Below are positions 60,030-64,000 of a stretch of 64,000 nucleotides of DNA, in pieces. The translations under genes and the position numbers were made by a program. The notes under the pieces were generated by a model. It did not search any database. It worked only from the letters and a program-made list of their open reading frames with translations, and was not told the DNA's origin. Origin of the DNA: Myxococcales bacterium (GTDB taxonomy: Bacteria; Myxococcota_A; Polyangia; Polyangiales; DASUME01); assembly GCA_047601445.1 (NCBI GenBank), contig JASGJH010000001.1:5376001-5440000 (forward strand), given 5' to 3'. The first letter of the stretch is position 1. Every line of letters starts with the position of its first letter.

Positions 60030-61958
60030 GTGAGCGAGCAGGACGAGCAGGCCCCCGGCTGGACCATCGCAAAAAGCGCGGAGCTCTATCAGGTCCGTGG
60101 CTGGGGCGAACCCTACTTCGCAGTCAGCGAGCGCGGCACCGTGGAGGTGCGTCCGGACCCGGAAAAGCCGAGTCGCAGCATCGATCTCCACGAGCTGGTC
60201 CAGGACCTCGAGGCGCGCGGCCTCGACCTGCCGCTCCTGATCCGCTTCAGCGACATCCTGAAGGACCGCATCCGTCGCCTCAACGAGTGCTTCGGCCGCG
60301 CCATCAAGGAGCACGACTACCCGGGCGTCTACCGCGGCGTGTTCCCGGTCAAAGTGAACCAGCAGAAGCACCTGATCGACGAGGTGGTGGAGTTCGGCCA
60401 GCCCTGGCAGTACGGCCTCGAAGCCGGCTCCAAGCCCGAGCTCCTGATCGCGCTCTCGGCCATCAGCGATCCCAACGGCCTGATCGTCTGCAACGGCTAC
60501 AAGGACCGCAAGTACATCGAGACGGCCCTCCTGGCCCAGCGCTTCGGTAAGACCGTGATCGTCGTGCTCGAGCGCATCGAAGAGCTCGACTTCGCGCTCG
60601 AGGCCTCCGCCAAGACGGGCATCCGTCCCTGCCTCGGCGTGCGCGCCAAGCTCAGCTCGCGCGGCGTCGGCCGCTGGAAGGACTCGGCCGGTGATCGCGC
60701 CAAGTTCGGCCTCACCATCAGCGAGATCGTGGAAGTCTGCGAGCGCCTGGGTGCGCGCGACATGCTCGACTGCCTGCAGCTCTTGCACTTTCACATCGGC
60801 AGCCAGATCTCCAGCATCATCCCCATCAAGAACGCCATGCAGGAGGCCGCCAACCTTTACGTGGAGTTGGCCAAGCTCGGCGCGGGCATGAAGTATCTGG
60901 ACGTGGGCGGCGGTCTCGCCGTGGACTACGACGGCTCCAAGACCGACTTCCACGCTAGCAAGAACTACAACATCCAGGAGTACGCCTCCGACGTGGTGTC
61001 CTCCATCCAGGAAGCCTGCAACAAGGCCAGCCTGCAGGTGCCCACCATCATCAGCGAGAGCGGTCGAGCCATCAGCGCCCATCAGTCGGTGCTGGTGTTC
61101 GAGGTCGTGGGCACCCACGAGCTACGCCCAGGCGAGGCACAGGATCCGGGCAAGAACGCCAACCGCGTGCTGCAGCAGCTGTTCGAGACCTACAAGGGCG
61201 TGATGCCCAAGAACCTGCAGGAGGCCTACCACGACGCGCAGCAGGGCAAGGAAGAGGCCGAGAGCCTGTTCAAGCTCGGCTACTTGAGCCTGCGCGAGCG
61301 CGCTCAGGCCGAGCGCCTGTACTGGGCCTGCTGCCAGAAGATCGTGCTCACTGGGTCGCGCCTCAAGCGCGTACCGGAGGAGGTCGCCGACCTGCGCGAC
61401 CAGCTGGCCGCCATCTATTACGGCAACTTCTCGATCTTCCAGTCGGTGCCCGACAGCTGGGCCATCGATCAGTTGTTCCCCATCATGCCCATCCACCGGC
61501 TCAAGGAAGAGCCCACGGTGCGCTGCGTGATCGCGGACCTCACCTGCGACAGCGACGGCAAGATCGACCGCTTCATCGACGTGGAAGATCCCAAGGCGGT
61601 GCTCGAGGTGCACGACCTGAAGCCCGACCAGCCCTACATGATGGCGATCTTCCTCAACGGCGCTTACCAGGAAATCCTGGGCGATCTGCACAATCTGTTC
61701 GGCGACACCAACGCGGTGCACGTGCGGCTGTCCGACGATAGCGACGACGAGTACGAAGTGAGCCACGTGGTGAAGGGCGACTCCATCCACGAAGTGCTCG
61801 ACTACGTGGAGTACGAACCGAGCGTGATGATCGAGCGCATGCGCTTGCAGGCGGAGCGCGCCAAGCGCGAGGGCCGCATCACCGTGGACCAGGTGAAGCT
61901 GCTCCTGAGGCACTATGAAGAGAGCTTGGGGAGCTACACGTACCTTACCGATGATTGA
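60030..61958 (+). CDS. speA: biosynthetic arginine decarboxylase
   Basis: FPVKVNQ, GLEAGSKPEL, CNGYKD, HFHIGSQI, DVGGGL.VDYDG, ESGRA, DLTCDSDG, GAYQEILGDLHNLFG. Confidence 0.97.
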   Translation: MSEQDEQAPGWTIAKSAELYQVRGWGEPYFAVSERGTVEVRPDPEKPSRSIDLHELVQDLEARGLDLPLLIRFSDILKDRIRRLNECFGRAIKEHDYPGVYRGVFPVKVNQQKHLIDEVVEFGQPWQYGLEAGSKPELLIALSAISDPNGLIVCNGYKDRKYIETALLAQRFGKTVIVVLERIEELDFALEASAKTGIRPCLGVRAKLSSRGVGRWKDSAGDRAKFGLTISEIVEVCERLGARDMLDCLQLLHFHIGSQISSIIPIKNAMQEAANLYVELAKLGAGMKYLDVGGGLAVDYDGSKTDFHASKNYNIQEYASDVVSSIQEACNKASLQVPTIISESGRAISAHQSVLVFEVVGTHELRPGEAQDPGKNANRVLQQLFETYKGVMPKNLQEAYHDAQQGKEEAESLFKLGYLSLRERAQAERLYWACCQKIVLTGSRLKRVPEEVADLRDQLAAIYYGNFSIFQSVPDSWAIDQLFPIMPIHRLKEEPTVRCVIADLTCDSDGKIDRFIDVEDPKAVLEVHDLKPDQPYMMAIFLNGAYQEILGDLHNLFGDTNAVHVRLSDDSDDEYEVSHVVKGDSIHEVLDYVEYEPSVMIERMRLQAERAKREGRITVDQVKLLLRHYEESLGSYTYLTDD

Positions 61959-61971
61959 TTCGACTGAGGTT

Positions 61972-62063
61972 CCCGTACGCGTGCGTGCCCGTGCCCGCAA
62001 GCGATCGCTCGCTAGCGGCACCGGCACTCGGGAAAACGAAGGTCGCGTACGGGCACGGGCACG
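61972..62063. repeat. hexamer-based inverted repeat (GTGCCC/GGGCAC)
   Basis: CGTGCCCGTGCCCG at 61984-61997 pairs with CGGGCACGGGCACG at 62050-62063. Confidence 0.65.
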
Positions 62064-62130
62064 TTTACGAGTAGGTTGAGCCGGATCGGCACTGGTTGCG
62101 CGCGGAAGGCGCGCCCGGAGGAAAGAGAAA

Positions 62131-63453
62131 ATGTCTCGGATCGTTTGTAAGTTTGGTGGCACGAGTCTGGCCGACGCGAACCAGTTCAAGAAGGTGCGCG
62201 CCATCGTGGAATCCGACGCTCGCCGCAGCATCGTGGTGCCCTCGGCGCCCGGCAAGCGCGTGCCCTCGGACGCCAAGCTCACAGACCTCCTCTACCTGTG
62301 CCAGCAGAGCGCGGCGGTGGGCTCGGACTTCGCAGCTCCCTTCGCGCAAATCCGCGAGCGCTTCCTCGAGATCGAGCGCGAGCTCGGCGTGTCCGCCCGC
62401 ATCGGGGAGCACCTCGACAAGCTCGCCGCGGACATCAAGAAGGGCGTCACGCCCGATCACGTTGCTTCGCGCGGCGAGTACCTCAACGGGCTCTTGATGG
62501 CCGCCTATCTGGGCGCCGAGTTCGTGGACCCCGCCGACTGCATCCTCATCACCGCCAACGGCGGCGTGGACCAGGAGACCTACCGCTCGCTCGGGGAGCG
62601 CCTGAGCGACCCCAAGAAGCGCTACGTCGTGCCCGGCTTCTACGGCCGTGACGCCAAGGGACAGGTGAAGACGTTCTCGCGCGGCGGCTCCGACATCTCG
62701 GGTGCCATCGTGGCGCGCGCCGCCAAGGCCGAGGTCTACGAGAACTGGACCGACGTCTCGGGGCTCCTGATGAGCGATCCGCGCATCGTGAAGAACGCGA
62801 AGCCCATGGAAGAGGTCACCTACGCGGAGATCCGCGAGCTCTCGTACATGGGAGCCTCCGTGCTGCACGACGAAGCCATCTCGCCCGTGCGCGAGGTCGG
62901 CATCCCGATCAACATCCGCAACACCAACGCGCCCGAGCACCCTGGCACGCGCATCGTCAACAAGCTCAGCCCCGAGATCGACAAGAGCACGGAGATCGCG
63001 GGCATCGCGGGCAAGAAGAACTTCTCGATGATCAGCATCGAGAAGAGCTTGATGAACAAAGAGATCGGCTTCGCCTATCGCTTGCTCGGCATCCTCGAGC
63101 GCCACGGCGTCAGCATCGAGCACTGCCCCTCCGCCATCGACAGCATGAGCGTGATCGTCGAGTCCTCACAGCTCGGCGACAAGACCGAGCTCGTGCTCGG
63201 CGAGATCCGCACCACGCTGGCGCCCGACAAGCTGGAGTTCGTCCCGCAAATTGCCCTGATCGCAGTGGTGGGCGAGGGCATGGCCAAGACCATCGGCATC
63301 GCTGCCAAGGTGTTCGCCGCCCTGCGCGACGCGGCCGTCAACGTGCGCGTCATCAACCAGGGCGCCTCGGAGCTCAACATCATCGTCGGTGTCGTACCGG
63401 ATGACTACGAGAAGGCCGTGAACGCCCTGTACGGCGCGTTCGTCGCCAACTGA
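62131..63453 (+). CDS. lysC: aspartate kinase
   Basis: KFGGTSLA, VV.SAPGK, SRGE, TFSRGGSD, NWTDVSG, DPRIV, two ACT domains. Confidence 0.93.
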   Translation: MSRIVCKFGGTSLADANQFKKVRAIVESDARRSIVVPSAPGKRVPSDAKLTDLLYLCQQSAAVGSDFAAPFAQIRERFLEIERELGVSARIGEHLDKLAADIKKGVTPDHVASRGEYLNGLLMAAYLGAEFVDPADCILITANGGVDQETYRSLGERLSDPKKRYVVPGFYGRDAKGQVKTFSRGGSDISGAIVARAAKAEVYENWTDVSGLLMSDPRIVKNAKPMEEVTYAEIRELSYMGASVLHDEAISPVREVGIPINIRNTNAPEHPGTRIVNKLSPEIDKSTEIAGIAGKKNFSMISIEKSLMNKEIGFAYRLLGILERHGVSIEHCPSAIDSMSVIVESSQLGDKTELVLGEIRTTLAPDKLEFVPQIALIAVVGEGMAKTIGIAAKVFAALRDAAVNVRVINQGASELNIIVGVVPDDYEKAVNALYGAFVAN

Positions 63454-63597
63454 GCTTGCCCCCCCGACCCTACCCACGGTGGTGCCGATCCACGGGCCAC
63501 CCATAAAGTGGCTATCGCTGGCCGCGGGTGGTGATAGTCTCGGACGACGGAGCGATGGGCCCCCTGCCCGACGCGAGGTCCCCCGATGGGCAGCACC

Positions 63598-64000
63598 ATG
63601 GAAGCCACCACCACCCAAAACCAGACCCTGGCCTCGTTTGCCAAGCGCTATGGCCGGTTGGACCTGGACGCCTTTTTGGCGCAGTTCGACTGCCCTTTTC
63701 TGGTGGAGGCTGCGCACGCGGCGGGCTTGCGCGACGAGAGCGGACCGCAGGCCTATCGCACCGAGTACATCGCCTCGGCTGACGCGAGCAGCAAGCTCCT
63801 GGGGGCCGAAGATCGCGAGCTCTGGCCCATCCGCAAGCGTGCCGACTCGGCATTTTCGGGCCACATCGGCGTGGGGCGCACGCCGAACCTCGACATCTGC
63901 ATCGCGCGCACCGGGGTCTCCAAGTTTCACGCCTACTTCTCAGAGCGCGAGGGCGTCTTTCAGCTGACCGACAAGGAGTCCACCAACGGGACCTTCGTGG
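63598..64000 (+). CDS. FHA domain protein (partial), paralog of 53313-53849
   Basis: Manual translation: MEATTTQNQTLASFAKRYGRLDLDAFLAQFDCPFLV...AFSGHIGVGRTPNLDICIARTGVSKFHAY...DKESTNGTFV. Confidence 0.9.
   Translation, partial: MEATTTQNQTLASFAKRYGRLDLDAFLAQFDCPFLVEAAHAAGLRDESGPQAYRTEYIASADASSKLLGAEDRELWPIRKRADSAFSGHIGVGRTPNLDICIARTGVSKFHAYFSEREGVFQLTDKESTNGTFV

Overview
High-GC bacterial DNA with a myxobacterial (Myxococcota, probably Polyangia-like) gene complement; the taxonomy is inferred from gene content: six Hanks-type Ser/Thr kinases, two FHA proteins, TPR-PEGA proteins, a MYXO-CTERM-like protein and GD-repeat/Cys-rich lipoproteins. Housekeeping genes include cydAB, ychF, a THUMP RNA methyltransferase, ppa, speA and an aspartate kinase. 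Most notable: (1) two paralogous modules of membrane Ser/Thr kinase + TPR-PEGA protein + variable lipoprotein, whose kinases share a terminal AGxLxxSEF motif; one module also has an ECF-like sigma factor, two double-HTH LuxR regulators, an LDL-receptor class A repeat lipoprotein and an HExxH peptidase, suggesting a trans-envelope signalling system; (2) a decayed IS481 and a mini-IS256 lying between long, mutually inverted heptamer arrays; (3) three otherwise intact genes, plus the IS256 remnant, each carrying a +1 frameshift at or near a CGATTC sequence; (4) a dispersed structured repeat placed just after stop codons. No rRNA, tRNA or CRISPR array was seen. All family assignments come from motif recognition by eye, not database searches.
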